Shown here piece after piece: positions 37,330 to 49,904 of a stretch of DNA of 64,000 nucleotides. A model generated the notes under the pieces. The model saw nothing but the letters and a program-made list of their open reading frames with translations. It was not told where the DNA came from and searched no databases. The translations under genes were made by a program, and so were the position numbers. Origin of the DNA: Octopus vulgaris (Eukaryota); the NCBI GenBank assembly GCA_951406725.2, contig OX597817.1:169260001-169324000 (forward strand). Reading direction: 5' to 3'. Each line of letters opens with the position of its first letter. Positions within the stretch are counted from its first letter, which is position 1.

Positions 37330-37735
37330 CTTCTTTTATTTTCTCCAACTTGTTTCAGTCAATGAACTGCGGCCATGCTGAGGCACTACCTTGAAGGTTT
37401 TAGGTGAATACATTCTAGTAATTTTCTTTTTTTTTCTTATTTTTTATCTGGTACTCAGTCTATCGATCTATTTTGCCGAATCGTTAAGTTATAGGGACGT
37501 AAGCAAATCAACACCAGTTGTCAAGCGGTGAGGTGGGGGAACAAACATAGACTCAAAGACAGACACGCACACTCACTCACACAAATACAACGGGTTTCCA
37601 CATAGTTTCCGTTTAACAAATTCACTCACAAAGTATTGGTTGGCCTGTGGCTTTAGTAAAAGACACTTGCTCCAGGTGCCGCATGCAGTGGCACTGAAGC
37701 AGAAACCTTGTGGTTGTAAAGTGAGCTTCTTAACT
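37330..37735 (-). mobile_element. Diverged SINE family A
   Basis: Homology to family A. Confidence 0.75.
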
Positions 37736-38894
37736 ATGAACCCATGACCGAGACAGATTTGAGGGAAAGTAGGCTTTTATTTCTGGGAAAGTTAAACAGC
37801 AGCAAAAGAGCCTACGCCTCTTGGTGTAGTTTTTATAGCCAGAGAAAAAGATCTTGAAGTAAAAGAAAAAACAAAAAGAAAAAAATGAAAATCTCTCCAT
37901 TCTTTCTTTAAGAGATATAACCATGTGGTTAAGAGGTTTCGCCTTGAATGCATGGGTTACAGTTTGATCCCTCTGTGTGGTGCTTTAGAAAAGCGTCTTC
38001 GACTGCCGCATCGGGTCGACTAATGCTTCGGAAGGCGGGAAACAGTATCAAAGCTTGTCATGTGTGTATTTGAGTATATGTGTATGTGCGCATGTCTGTA
38101 TTCAATACGTGAATACGTTTTAACGTTATCTTTCTTATATAACAAAAGTAATAAAAACAAAATCCGCACGAGCTCATGCGGTTTGTTCGGAGATAGTAAG
38201 GTTTCTAAATCAACGTTTCTAGACTATCATTAACCTCATCATGAGGATAAAGTGATATTGATGTTATTTTACAGTCTCTTTATAGTAGGCAAACTAATGT
38301 GATTGGTGTAGGTAATAACCTCAGAGTTTGAGATAAAATAATTAAAACTTAACTAACAAAACTAGTGTAGGTTTCAAGTATTAATATTAACAATGCGTTT
38401 TACTATGAGTCTTGCTTGTTTGTATCATTAATCATTAATTTTCGTGTTAAAATCTGTAGAGTATAGATGGGTTGTACACTAAGTTTCCCTATTTAGTCTT
38501 CTTTTGTGTTATATGATATAATGCATTGAAATTGCTCCTCATCGTAAGTGAATGGAGTATCGCATTTCTATAGCCAATGAAACAGCTGGAGTCATGAAGT
38601 TTACAACTTTCACATTTGTAATGGAACTCATGACTCTAGACTAAGGCGCAGATATGATTGTGTGGTTAAGAAGTTTGCTTGCAACAACGTGGATTTGGGT
38701 TCAGTCCCAAACCCCTCCGATGTGCCGATGGAAAGTAAGGACTCAGCTAAGATTTATGAAATCACAAGACTTATGAAGTTCAAAAATTTACAATGTAATC
38801 CACTTCAGCTCAATGGGCTTAAAGTTTCACAAAATATGAATGGAATCCACGAAGATAATTTCAGAAAAAAAAATCTTCATCAACATATATGAAG

Positions 38895-39080
38895 AACTAG
38901 ACCTAAAATTCAGTAGACACTAACAAAAGGTACCGTCAATTTCATCGACATGTATTTAAATTTAGGTACCAGCGTCGTTCACGTATTTAGAAAGCCAAGA
39001 CTAATGAGATGCTGCTTTATGTCAACACAGGTTCCAACCCTCCGCATTCTATCATTAAGAATTTGGTCAAAAACAATAGT
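38895..39080 (+). pseudogene. Penelope-like reverse transcriptase relic
   Basis: VNFIDMYLNLGT...FRKP...YVNTGSNPPHSIIKNL resembles FLD...KP...SNHP. Confidence 0.65.
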
Positions 39081-39342
39081 GTACGCTGGTTGGGTGGCGT
39101 TTCTGGCGAAGCTTCATTCAATGGCTGCTCCTAATACTACAAGGTGGCGCTAATGCTGAGTGAATTCAAAGAGAACAATTATATAAATGCACTCCAAACT
39201 ACTCCTTTAGAAACACCGCAAACGCAAACACGGTCAAACCTATCGCTCAAGCATCTCTAGGATTTTTGTTCATTGTGTTAGAAGCAGAACGTAATATTAA
39301 GTAAGAGTTGTACACTGAACATCGCATCACAATTAACTAATA

Positions 39343-40119
39343 TTGGTCTCAGATTTTAACACAAGGCCGGCAAGTTCGAAGGAGGAACTAAATCGATTAT
39401 ATCGACCCCAGTTGCTCAACTGGTACTTATTTTATCAACCTCAAAAGGATGAAAAGCAAAGACGACCCCGGCAGCATTTGAACTCAGAATGTAAAGCCAG
39501 AAGAAATGGCGCTAGGTATTTTGCCCGGCATGCTAACGATTCTTTCTGCTAAAGGCACAAGGCCTGAAATTTTGGGGGAGGGGGGTAAATCGATTATATC
39601 GACCCCAGTGCTTCACTGGTACTTAATTTATCGACTCCGAAAGGATGAAAGGCAAAGTCGACCTCGGTGGAATTTGAACTCAGAACGTAGCGACAGGCGA
39701 AGTACCTATTTCTTTACTACTCACAAGGGGCTAAACACAGAGGAGACAAACAAGGACAAATGGATTAAGTCGATTATATCGACCCCAGTGCGTAACTGGT
39801 ACTTATTTAATCGACCCCGAAAGGATGAAAGATAAAGTCGACATCGCCGGAATTTGAACTCAGAACATAGCAACAGGTGAAATATCTATTTCTTTACTGC
39901 CCACAAGGGGCTACACACAGAGGGGACAAACAAGGACAGACAAATGGATTAAGTCGATTATATCGACCCCAGTGCATAACTGGTACTTATTTAATCGACC
40001 TCGAAAGGATGAAAGGCAAAGTCAACCGCGGCAGAATTTGAACTCAGAACATAGCGACAGACGAAATACCACTAAGCATTTCATCTGGGGTGCTAATGTT
40101 TCTGCCAGCTCGCCGCCTT
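39343..40119 (-). mobile_element. Family B trimer (39540-40119) abutting an older monomer (39343-39545)
   Basis: Head at 40119; same unit junctions as other B arrays. Confidence 0.85.
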
Positions 40120-40426
40120 GCAATTAACCAATATTAATGAGAGCAACGTATTATTCCCACTCCTTTCAACACCCACCTGACATGCAAAATACTCTCTAAA
40201 GAGTATTTATCTTATAAAATCTGTAGTATATTGCACCGATGTTCTCGTTGATAATAACCTCAAATTCAAAATTTAATGTGATGTCAAATGTTACGTTAAT
40301 ATCATTGCATGTGTTTTGTGTACCTGCATGTGATTGTATCTATTTCTGATTGCTATTAGCTTAAGGTAACAGCTTGGCTTTTCAGCCGTCTTCTGGACAC
40401 GAATGATAAAGAAACTAAACAAAAAA

Positions 40427-40596
40427 GGCGCAGGAGTGGCTATGTGGTAAGTAGCTTGCTTACCAGCCACATGGTTCCAGGTTCAGTCCCACTGTGTGGT
40501 GCCTTGGGCAAGTGCCTTCTACTATAGCCTGGGGCCGACCAAAGCCTTGTAAGTGCATTTGGTAGACGGAAACTGAAAGAAGCCCTTGTATCCTTG

Positions 40597-40639
<43 letters not shown>

Positions 40640-41143
40640 TAGCAGTATCGCCCGGCGTTGCTCGGGTTTGTAAGGGAAATAACTATATAAGCATTTTTAG
40701 AGAGTTACTTCCTTTATAGATGCCAATTCGGGCTTTCTTAGCCATTTCTGTTTTGGTGTCTTCAAGCCATGAAGTCGTTGTTCTAAAAGAACGCTGGTCT
40801 CCTTGACAACGCATTACGACGTTGATTTCCTTACACTCCCTTTTCCACAGCTTCACGAGGGAGGGAAGAAGGGGGAGAAGCAAACACAGGTGCAGGTGTT
40901 TGAACGTGGACGCCAACTCCGCCGCCATCGACACACGAAAACTTATGCATTAAAATGGAATAAAAAATGATGTTAAATTATTTTTAAAATCGTAGACTCA
41001 TCGTAGACGCGCGCTAATAGCCAGACGGGCTTGATATTAATCACGACTATAAGATACCTGAATTTGGTTAAACTGCACCGCAAAATGTGGGAGGAGTTAG
41101 GAATCTAAATCGTAGGAGACAGACACTCACACAACTACAGTTT

Positions 41144-41227
<84 letters not shown>

Positions 41228-41460
41228 TATGTATGCATGTATGTGTGGTGTATGTTTATGCGTCTGTCCCCCTATCATCGCTTGACAACCGATGCTGGTG
41301 TGTTTACGTCCCTGTAACTTAACAGTTCGGCAAAAGAGACCAATTGAATATGTACTAGGCTTACAGAGAATAAGTCCTGGGGTCGATATGTTCAACTAAG
41401 TGCGGTGCTCCAGCATGGCCGCAGTCAAATGACTGAAACAAATAAGAAGAAAAAAGAAAA
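40427..41460 (+). mobile_element. SINE family A split by a HINE-like insertion
   Basis: 5' half 40427-40600; 3' half 41230-41460. Confidence 0.85.
40638..41160 (+). mobile_element. HINE/Helentron-like element, copy 2
   Basis: Reverse complement of 28933-29447; sits in (TA)n. Confidence 0.8.
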
Positions 41461-41733
41461 AAAACATAACATTTATTTTTTTTTATCTAAAGCAGGTCTG
41501 ATGGTCGCACGAAAAATTTTGGGGAAGGCGATATCCCTCGAAGTTCAAACAATGAATTTTAGCAGCACAAGATCTGTAATAACTCCTTCTACTAAAGGCA
41601 GAAAGCCTAAAATTTAATGGGGTGGGGTTAGTTAATTACATCGACCCCAGTACTCAAGTGGTACTTATTTTACAATAATGCCATCAGTTTTATCTCTGCC
41701 AAAACTGATACTTCCTTAAAAGGTCAGATATTT

Positions 41734-42177
41734 CATCATCACCATCATCATCATCGTTTAACGTCCGTTTTCCATGCTAGCATGGGTTGGACGGTTCAAC
41801 TGGCGTCTGGGAAGCCAGGAGGCTGCGCCAGGCCCAGTCTGATCTGGCAGTGTTTCTACGGCTGGATGCCCTTCCTAACGCCAACCACTCCGTGAGTGTA
41901 GTGGGTGCTTTTTACGTGCCACCTGCACAGGTGCCAGACGAGGCTGGCAAACGGCCACGATCGGATGGTGCATTTTACGTGCCACCGGCACGGTGGCCAG
42001 ACGAGGCTGGCAACGTCCACAATCGGATGGTGCATTTTACATGCCACCGGCACGGAGGCCGGTCGGGGCGGCACTGGCAACGGCTACGTTCGGTTGGTTC
42101 TCTTACGTGCTATCGGCACTGGTATCACAGCTACAATTTCCATTGATGTTGATCGATTTCGATTTTGATTTTGATTT
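41734..42177 (-). mobile_element. Family G element, longest copy
   Basis: 5' (AAAATC)n-like start, ~4 internal repeats containing TTACGTGCCACC (plus strand), (GAT)n tail. Confidence 0.75.
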
Positions 42178-42360
42178 ATATCCTTCAAATCTGACTGAAT
42201 CACTTTAGGGTTATTCTGAAAGTTTACGTAAGTCAGCTGGGTTTTTGCAAATTCAATAACACTGGCTCTGACTGAAAAGGGTCGGAAGCTAATGAAACAC
42301 ATAGATGGTATGCAATTATCTGGGAAACGTGTGAAAGCATTAGAATATTTGCAATCAGGT

Positions 42361-42747
42361 TGTGGAGGCGCAATGGCCCAGTGGTTAGGGCAGTGGACTC
42401 GCGGTCATAGGATCGCGGTTTCGATTCCCAGACCGGGCGTTGTGAGTGTTTATTGAGCGAAAACACCTAAAGCTCCACGAGGCTCCGGCAGGGATGGTGG
42501 TGATCCCTGCTGTACTCTTTCACCACAACTTTCTCTCACTCTTACTTCCTGTTTCTGTTGTACCTGTATTTCAAAGGGCCGGCCTTGTCACTCTCTGTGT
42601 CACGCTGAATATCCCCGAGAACTACGTTAAGGGTACACGTGTCTGTGGAGTGCTCAGCCACTTACACGTTAATTTCACGAGCAGGCTGTTCCGTTGATTC
42701 GGATCAACCGGAACCCTCGTCGTCGTAACCGACGGAGTGCTTCCATC
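42361..42747 (+). mobile_element. SINE family C (tRNA head), full length
   Basis: GGAGGCGCAATGGCCCAGTGGTTAGGGC...TTTCGATTCCC; 14-bp TSD ATTTGCAATCAGGT. Confidence 0.92.
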
Positions 42748-42894
42748 ATTTGCAATCAGGTGATTCGAAGCTTAAAGCTTAATGCGTTCATTGAATTTAT
42801 CCAACAGCTTGAAATAATTTCGAGATTTAAGGGGACTGAAAAAAAAAAAAATGGAAGTAAGAACGAACTTGATGCAATACGATTGTGTCAGAGA

Positions 42895-43278
42895 GAAGCA
42901 CTCCGTCGGTTACGACGATGAGGGTTCCGGTTGATCCGAATCAACGGAACAGCCTGCTCATGAAATTAACGTGCAAGAGGCTGAGCACTCCACAGACACG
43001 TATACCCTTAACGTAGTTCTCGAGGAGATTCAGCGTGACACACAGAATGTGACAAGGCTGGCCCTTTGAAATACAGGTACAAGAGAAACAGAAAGAAAGA
43101 GCGAGAGAAAGTTGTGGTGAAAGAGTACAGCAGGGATCACCACCATCCCCTGCCGGAGCTTCGTGGAGCTTTAGGTGTTTTCGCTCAATAAACACTCACA
43201 ATGCCCGGTCTGGGAATCGAAACCGCGATCCTCCGACCGCGAGTCCGCTGCCCTAACCACTGGGCCTTGCGCCTCCAT
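42895..43278 (-). mobile_element. SINE family C
   Basis: Reverse complement of 42361-42747. Confidence 0.9.
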
Positions 43279-43289
43279 CTTGAAACGAT

Positions 43290-43660
43290 TATAAATCGGA
43301 TTATGGACATCGCTTTTGTGAATATAAGCATGCACCATCTAATTGTCCTGCATTTGGTAAAATTTGCATGAAGTGTGGAAAAAAGAACCACGTTTAGATA
43401 TTATGTAAATCTACAAAAACGTTTGAGGAAACCAAAAAGGAATTTGCTGAAATTGGCATAATGACCTCTACAATGAACAATGTGAATTTCAGTTATATTA
43501 AATTTAAGATGTAAATTAATACTGGCGATCAGGTTACTGCAATGTCTTAGAATTTCTGGATGCATTTGAATAAATCTAAATTAAGAGAGTGTGATCGCAA
43601 ACGAAGAGTTTGACGGATCATTAGAATATTTGACACATTAATGGAAATTATTGTAAAATA
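43290..43660 (+). pseudogene. Gypsy gag-protease relic
   Basis: KHAPSNCPAFGKICMKCGKKNH (zinc knuckle); NTGDQV resembles DTGAQV near 43518. Confidence 0.7.
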
Positions 43661-43663
43661 AGT

Positions 43664-44000
43664 GAAGGCGCATGGCTCAGTGGTTAGAGCGTCGAGTTTA
43701 CGATCGTGAGGTTATGAGCTCGAATCCCGGACCGGGCTGCGTGTTGTGTTCTTGAACAAGACACTTTATTTCATGTTGCTCCAGTTCACTCAGCTGTAGA
43801 AATGAGTTGCGACGTCACGGGTGCCAAGCTGTATCGGCCCCTTTGTCTTTCCCTTGGATAACACTGGTGGCGTGGAGAGGGGAGGCTGGTATGCATGGGC
43901 GACTGCTGGTCTTCCATAAACAACCTTGCCCAGACTTGTGACTAGGAGGGTAACTTTCTCGGTGCAATCCCATGGTCAGTGTCGTGACCGAAGGGGGTCC
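43664..44000 (+). mobile_element. SINE family D with its own 3' body
   Basis: tRNA head GGCGCATGGCTCAGTGGTTAGAGCG; tail unrelated to family C. Confidence 0.85.
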
Positions 44001-44397
44001 CAGAATGGAAATTGATAAGATTACAGAGGTTGTGAAATTATTGTTAATTGTAAAAAATACATAAATAAAAAAAAGGGACCGTGGTTTGTTTGGTGTAGAT
44101 GTGAAGAATCTTTTATCTTTAATCTCTTAATTGTTTCAGTCATCAGACTGCGGCCGTGCTGGGGCCTTGAAATTTTAGTCAAATGAATCAATCCAGGTAC
44201 TTCTTTTTAAAGTCTGGTCCTTATTCTATCAGCCTTTTTTGCTGAACCGCTAGATTACGGGGACGTAAACATACCAACACCGGTTGTCAAGCATTCAACA
44301 TAAATTCAAGAGACTGAAGCTCCCGGGGAACTCTAAGAAATTAAGAAACTGTTTAAGGTTAACATTTTCCTCGAAGGAAATATCAGGCCATGTTATA

Positions 44398-44710
44398 TTC
44401 TTTTCTACTCTAGGCACAAGGCCCGAAATATTTGGGGGTGGGGCCAGTCGATTAGATCGACCCCAGTGCACAACTGGTACTTAATTTATCGACTCCAAAA
44501 GGATGAAAGGCAAAGCCGACCTCTGCGGAATTTGAACTCAGAACGAGAAGACAGACGAAATGCCCGTAAGCATTTCGCCCTGCGTGCTGACGTTTCTTAT
44601 TTTTTTATTACCCACAAGGGGCTACACACAGAGGGGACAAACAAGGACAGACAAACGGATTAAATCGATTATATCGACCCCAGTGCGTAACTGGTGCTTA
44701 TATAATCGAC
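44398..44710 (-). mobile_element. Family B monomer plus an adjacent tail fragment
   Basis: Core homology to family B. Confidence 0.8.
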
Positions 44711-44847
44711 TGTGGTGTTCCATTTTCACCGGGTGTCCAATAGGGGATTTGAAATTACAAAGATGATGCTGGATTTAAAGCTATCCGTCCATAATTATGG
44801 ACGGGAAAAATTGTGCACGTTTTACCATTCCAATGCCTGAAAGATGT

Positions 44848-45228
44848 GGAAGCACTCCGTCGGTTACGACGATGAGGGTTCCGGTTGATCCGAATCAACG
44901 GAACAGCCTGCTCGTGAAATTAACGTGTAAGTGGCTGAGCACTCCACAGACACGTGTACCCTTAATGTAGTTCTCGGGGATATTCAGCATGACACAGAGA
45001 GTGACAAGGCCGGCGCTTTGAAATACAGGTACAACAGAAACAGGAAGTAAAAGTGAGAGAAAGTTGTGGTGAAAGAGTACAGTAGGGATCACCACCATCC
45101 CCTGCCGGAGCCTCGTGGAGCTTTTAGGTGTTTTCACTCAATAAACACTCACAACGCCCGGTCTGGGAATTGAAACCGCGATCCTATGACCGCGTGTCCG
45201 CTGCCCTAACCACTGAGCCATTGCGCCT
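44848..45228 (-). mobile_element. SINE family C
   Basis: Homology to 42361-42747. Confidence 0.9.
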
Positions 45229-45276
45229 GTAAGATATTCGATAATTAGATCCAGTTCATTTTTATATGGTCTATAC

Positions 45277-45474
45277 CAGGGGTGGGCAAACTTTTTTGAT
45301 CGCGGGCCGCACAGTGCGTCTTTGGAACCTTGGCGGGCCTCATTTATAAAAATCAAGTGAAAATATTGTGAATTACTGTACAGTTACGAAATATCTGCAT
45401 AGAAGTTGGGATTCATAAAAGCTCTCGGCGGGCCGCATCAAAACCTATGGCGGGCCGCAGTTTGCCCACCCCTG
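45277..45474. mobile_element. hAT (Charlie-type) MITE, 198 bp
   Basis: Perfect TIR CAGGGGTGGGCAAACT; perfect 8-bp TSD GTCTATAC; repeated GCGGGCCG. Confidence 0.93.
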
Positions 45475-46453
45475 GTCTATACTTAGTCTGTAAAGTTTTA
45501 TGTAGTCTACAAAGAAAAGCTGAGAGATGTTTCCGAATTCAGGGCGTCCAATTTTTATACGTAAGGTGAAGAAAGTAAGTACCATACGATGTTTTGTTGT
45601 GTGGTACTTAGTTTTGCCTGGTATTATACCATTTCACCCAATTCTCGGCATTGTTACTGTTATACCGCAATGAACAGACGACGATGACGACGTCAACGAC
45701 GCAATCATTTGTGATGAAAAAGAAGTGAAGAAACTGTCGAAATATAACGACCTTGAAATTGATATATTCAAGATATGTGGCATAAGGGTGAAAAAATACC
45801 GCTAGGACCCGGAACATTAGACATGATTAAAAACATATGGAAAGAAACACAGAATCCATACCAGGAGTCACAACTCTATACAGATAGACAGATAGACAGA
45901 CGGACGGACGGACGGACGGACGGATGGATGGATATTTTAATTAGATGAAATCTCAATAATACTAAAACTCTGGAGATGTTTGTGTGTACCCGAAATATCT
46001 CAGAAATAGTATATTTTATCTAATTTTTTTTTTGCATATTATTTTCATACTTACCTTCGGTAATGCAGTACAAAATTTTGTGATATCGGGACATCTCTTT
46101 ATTAAGGAAAACGATTAAACACAATTTTTGTTTGTTATTTCTTGGTGAAAAAAAATAAATAAAAAGCATGGCTTCCGTGACGTCAACACATTCACACTTA
46201 CAGAATACACACACAAATAATGAATGTTATGGTGTGTCAATCAAATACAAACACATGTCCGCTATCTGTGACATATACACACACATAGTCTTCGCTTTCT
46301 CTAAGAAAAAAAAAATGAGGTCGACTTTTTGATGTACACAATATTTTAATCATTTAGAAATATGTAAGTTGTTTGTACAGTAAGAATTTATAATTTAGCT
46401 TTCTTTAAACGGACAATATTTTAATGTTTTTTTTTAATTAATTTCAAGTGAAT

Positions 46454-47040
46454 GACTATCTTTCACTTGTCATCCGGAGTTTGTTAACTTCCGTAATTTT
46501 TTTTTTTATTTACCTTTGTTTTAAAGTGAAAGATGCATGTGTGTATATGAAATGGACGTGTGTGTGTGTGTGAAAGGGAGGGGGGAGAGAGGAAGAGAGA
46601 GAAGGAAAGAGAGAGAGGGGGAGAGAGAGAGAAGGAAAGAGAGAGAGAGAGAGCGAGTGAAGGGGTGTGTTGTCATGTATACGTACATACATCAATACAT
46701 ATTGTTTTGTTTTATTGTTTTACTCGTTTCAGTCATTTGACTGTGGCCATGCTGGAGCACCACCTTAAGTACATCTTTTTTGTATGTACGTGTGCATGTG
46801 TTTAGGGGGGAGAGTGAGTGAGCGTGTGTTCTCATGTATGTGTAAGTGGCACTCACTCGCTCTCTCTCTCTCTCTCACACACACACACGTCCATTTCATA
46901 TACACACATGCATCTCTCACTTTCTCCTTTCTTTAGTTTTAAAACAAAAGTAAATAAATAAAAAAAATTTACGGAAATTAACGAAAAAAACCCAGCTGAG
47001 TTGGATGACAGTTCTGAGAGTCAAAGCAAAAGATCGCCCC
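46454..47040. mobile_element. Decayed MITE of the GGCGATCTTT-TIR group
   Basis: Inverted arms ~46484-46572 / 46876-46982; right end AAAGATCGCC; flanks AAGTGAAT / AAGGGAAT. Confidence 0.65.
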
Positions 47041-47741
47041 AAGGGAATACCATTTCAAAAATTTTTACGAGTGTATTCAATGTATCTCAGCTCCAAAGGT
47101 TTGGCTGCTGTTTCTAGCACGCCCTGCTACCACGCAACAGCTATTTGCGATAAAGAACCCGAAATACTTGTTACGTGGTAGTAGGTCGTGCAAGAAATAG
47201 TAGCCAAAATCTTTCCTTTACTGGGGAAAGGAGCCGTTTACGTGTGTTTTCGATGTCACATTCGTTGGAAGCATGTGAAATAACCTGGAAAAGAAAAAAA
47301 AACCACAAAGCAAAACTCCGTTGCTGGGAAACTAAGCCTTTCTAGGTGACCCAACACGTTACAGGTAGTCTAGTAGTGGGTTATAGCACACATTATCACT
47401 ATGATCTCAAAATCAGACATTCTATGTGGGTAATGTAATCTGAAATAAAATTTATCTGAGGATAACTGGATAATCTATGGCTAGAAAGCCTTTGGTCATA
47501 AAGCTACTCCATTGATTTAGTGAAGTCTGAATTTCACTGATGAGGTCATACAAGACTAAAGCATGTCAAGAGTTGCCTCCCATACTTACTGAACAAATTA
47601 AAATAATATTTAATCATTGGCTAATATTGATTTATTCTTTTTATATTTATATTTACTTAACATTTCATTTTTAAAGCGTTCTTCATGAGAAATGTTAATG
47701 CTAACTTCACTAAAGATAATATGTTAAGAATTATAATGGAA

Positions 47742-48125
47742 TGGAAGCACTCCATCGGTTACGACGACGAGGGTTCTGGTTGATCCGATCAATGGAACAG
47801 CCTGCTCGTGAAATTAACGTGCAAGTGGCTGAGCACTCCACAGACATGAGTACACTTAACGTAGTTCTCGGGGATATTCAGCGTGACACAGAGAGTGACA
47901 AGACCGGCCCTTTCAAATACAGGTACAACAGAAACAGGAAGTAAGAGTGAGAGAAAGCTGTGGTGAAAGAGTACAGCAGGGATCACCACCATCCCCTGCC
48001 GGAGCCTCGTGGAGCTTTAGGTGTTTTCGCTCAATAAACACTCACAACGCCCGGTCTGGGAATCGAAACCGCGATCCTATGACCGCGAGTCCGCTGCCCT
48101 AACCACTGGGCCATTGCGCCTCCAC
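47742..48125 (-). mobile_element. SINE family C
   Basis: TSD TGTTAAGAATTA (47722-47733 / 48126-48137). Confidence 0.92.
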
Positions 48126-48629
48126 TGTTAAGAATTAATATGAACATGGAATCATATTGGTGTTTAATAAACGCATAGCTGCGGGGTGAATTTTTGGTTC
48201 TGTGGTTGGGCAACGGAATTTTGGCTGTTCAAAATAAGGATCAAACTGATTAGTTTCATCATAGTTAAAACTCATCAGGATTCACTTTTCTAAAAAGCCA
48301 AAAGATAGTAGTAGGAAGCAACATATTAAAGTGTAATGAAGAATGTGAATCGTAAAAGTCATTTATATAATGGTGTCTTGCCTTTTCACTGTCTTTCCTA
48401 CTGTAATGGCCTCTGCTCCTCATAGTTTGCTGGGATCATACCACTTCTACTCAAGTATTCCCAACCATTTCATTTCTCCTCCTCTCACCACCTTTGTTGC
48501 GTCCAGTCCTCACCTATACAGGCCCCACAGTAATCTGTACACATGGTCCTTCTTTCCCAGAATGCTGACCCTTGTCGCTCATGTCTTTCCTGCAGGTATT
48601 GTCTTGGATTGGTTCAAAAGGTACATTGA

Positions 48630-48849
48630 CCCTTTAGCATTTAAACTGGTCATATCGGGCCCAAATACCCCACATGTTTTATGTTCATACTGGTCAGATC
48701 CATCCCCTCACACCTACTCCCCAATGTCATTCTAAAAATACACAATCACATCATTGGACTATTGAAGCTACAAGATAATGCATAATTAATTCAAAACATT
48801 GTGAATAAATAAGCATCGCATTTGTCAGAGAAATCTGAATGCTAAAGGG
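48630..48849 (-). mobile_element. piggyBac-type MITE, copy 2
   Basis: CCCTTTAG / CTAAAGGG with TTGA / TTAA flanks. Confidence 0.82.
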
Positions 48850-49904
48850 TTAACAGTATCTGTCTTATCAGTCTTGAAGGGCCTGCAAAGGCTATGGACA
48901 CTGGCCCTTCCTCAAGACCCAGAAAATAAAAACAAAATATGGTACAAGAATTACTTATTTTACATAACGGTATAGATATGTGAACATGACTAATGTGAAG
49001 ATACGAGACTCACTTGACACTGTTTACGCGTACTTTCTTTGATGCCAACTCTGTAAGACAGAGAGAAAGGTGAAAAATATTAAGCATATCATGAAATGGT
49101 GAGATAAAACAATAATTGTTGTTTTGGAGTAATTTTAGTAAATCTGCTGAGGTAACCAAAAACACAGAAATAGTCAATAGAAAAGGAAAAAATTTATATG
49201 GTTGCTTGATCTGCTAGAAATAGCAATCACATCTCCCTCAAATTAAACCCTGTCATCTTGAACAAGACAGATTATATTGTGTAATATAAGTCTTAAACAT
49301 ACTGTGTCTGAAGAAGAAAAAGACAGATGGTCATGGTTGGAATACCTTAAATCATAAGTCTGTTCAATCAGAGCAGACCCAGGGTTGAACAACAATAACT
49401 AATGAATAAAAAAACTTCAGAGTAAACTGCATCTTATTGTGTACCCCGTATACTGAGATATGAACTTTTCAGTATTTAGGGCCTCAGGACATAACAAATT
49501 GCACACAGAAAACACCCAGACATGGAATGTATGACACCACCACCCATGGACAAAAACTTCCATATTTGACTACCATTCTGGACAAGATCACCTCAGCTTC
49601 CTATCACATGCTCTACCATATTTTTAGGGGGAAATTTCCCTATTACATAGTGTAAATCAAGGTTTGAAACCAGGGATTATTGGAAAAGGTGGAAATAATG
49701 CTATGTTATGGTCATGCCTTTCCAAAGAGCATTAGAAACTTTAGTAAAGTGGAATGGGTTTTAAACTCTACTTACCAAGATGAAAAAAAAGGCATTGGAA
49801 GGGAGATACATACCCTGTGCACAGATAAATTTTTTTGCTAATTATTGTGTGGTTTACAATGCGTTGCTTACCCATGCTTTTTAATTGAGCTGAATTTTGT
49901 TTTC

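Noticed and set aside
42364-42435. tRNA genes at SINE heads (families A-D)
   Set aside because: A/B boxes are present, but they run into SINE bodies with TSDs and lack a proper acceptor stem.
47530-47575. Hammerhead-like CTGATGA-GGTC...GACT; similar weak cases at ~9640 (+), ~35650 (-), ~48240-48280 (-)
   Set aside because: Missing GAAA or no stem I pairing.
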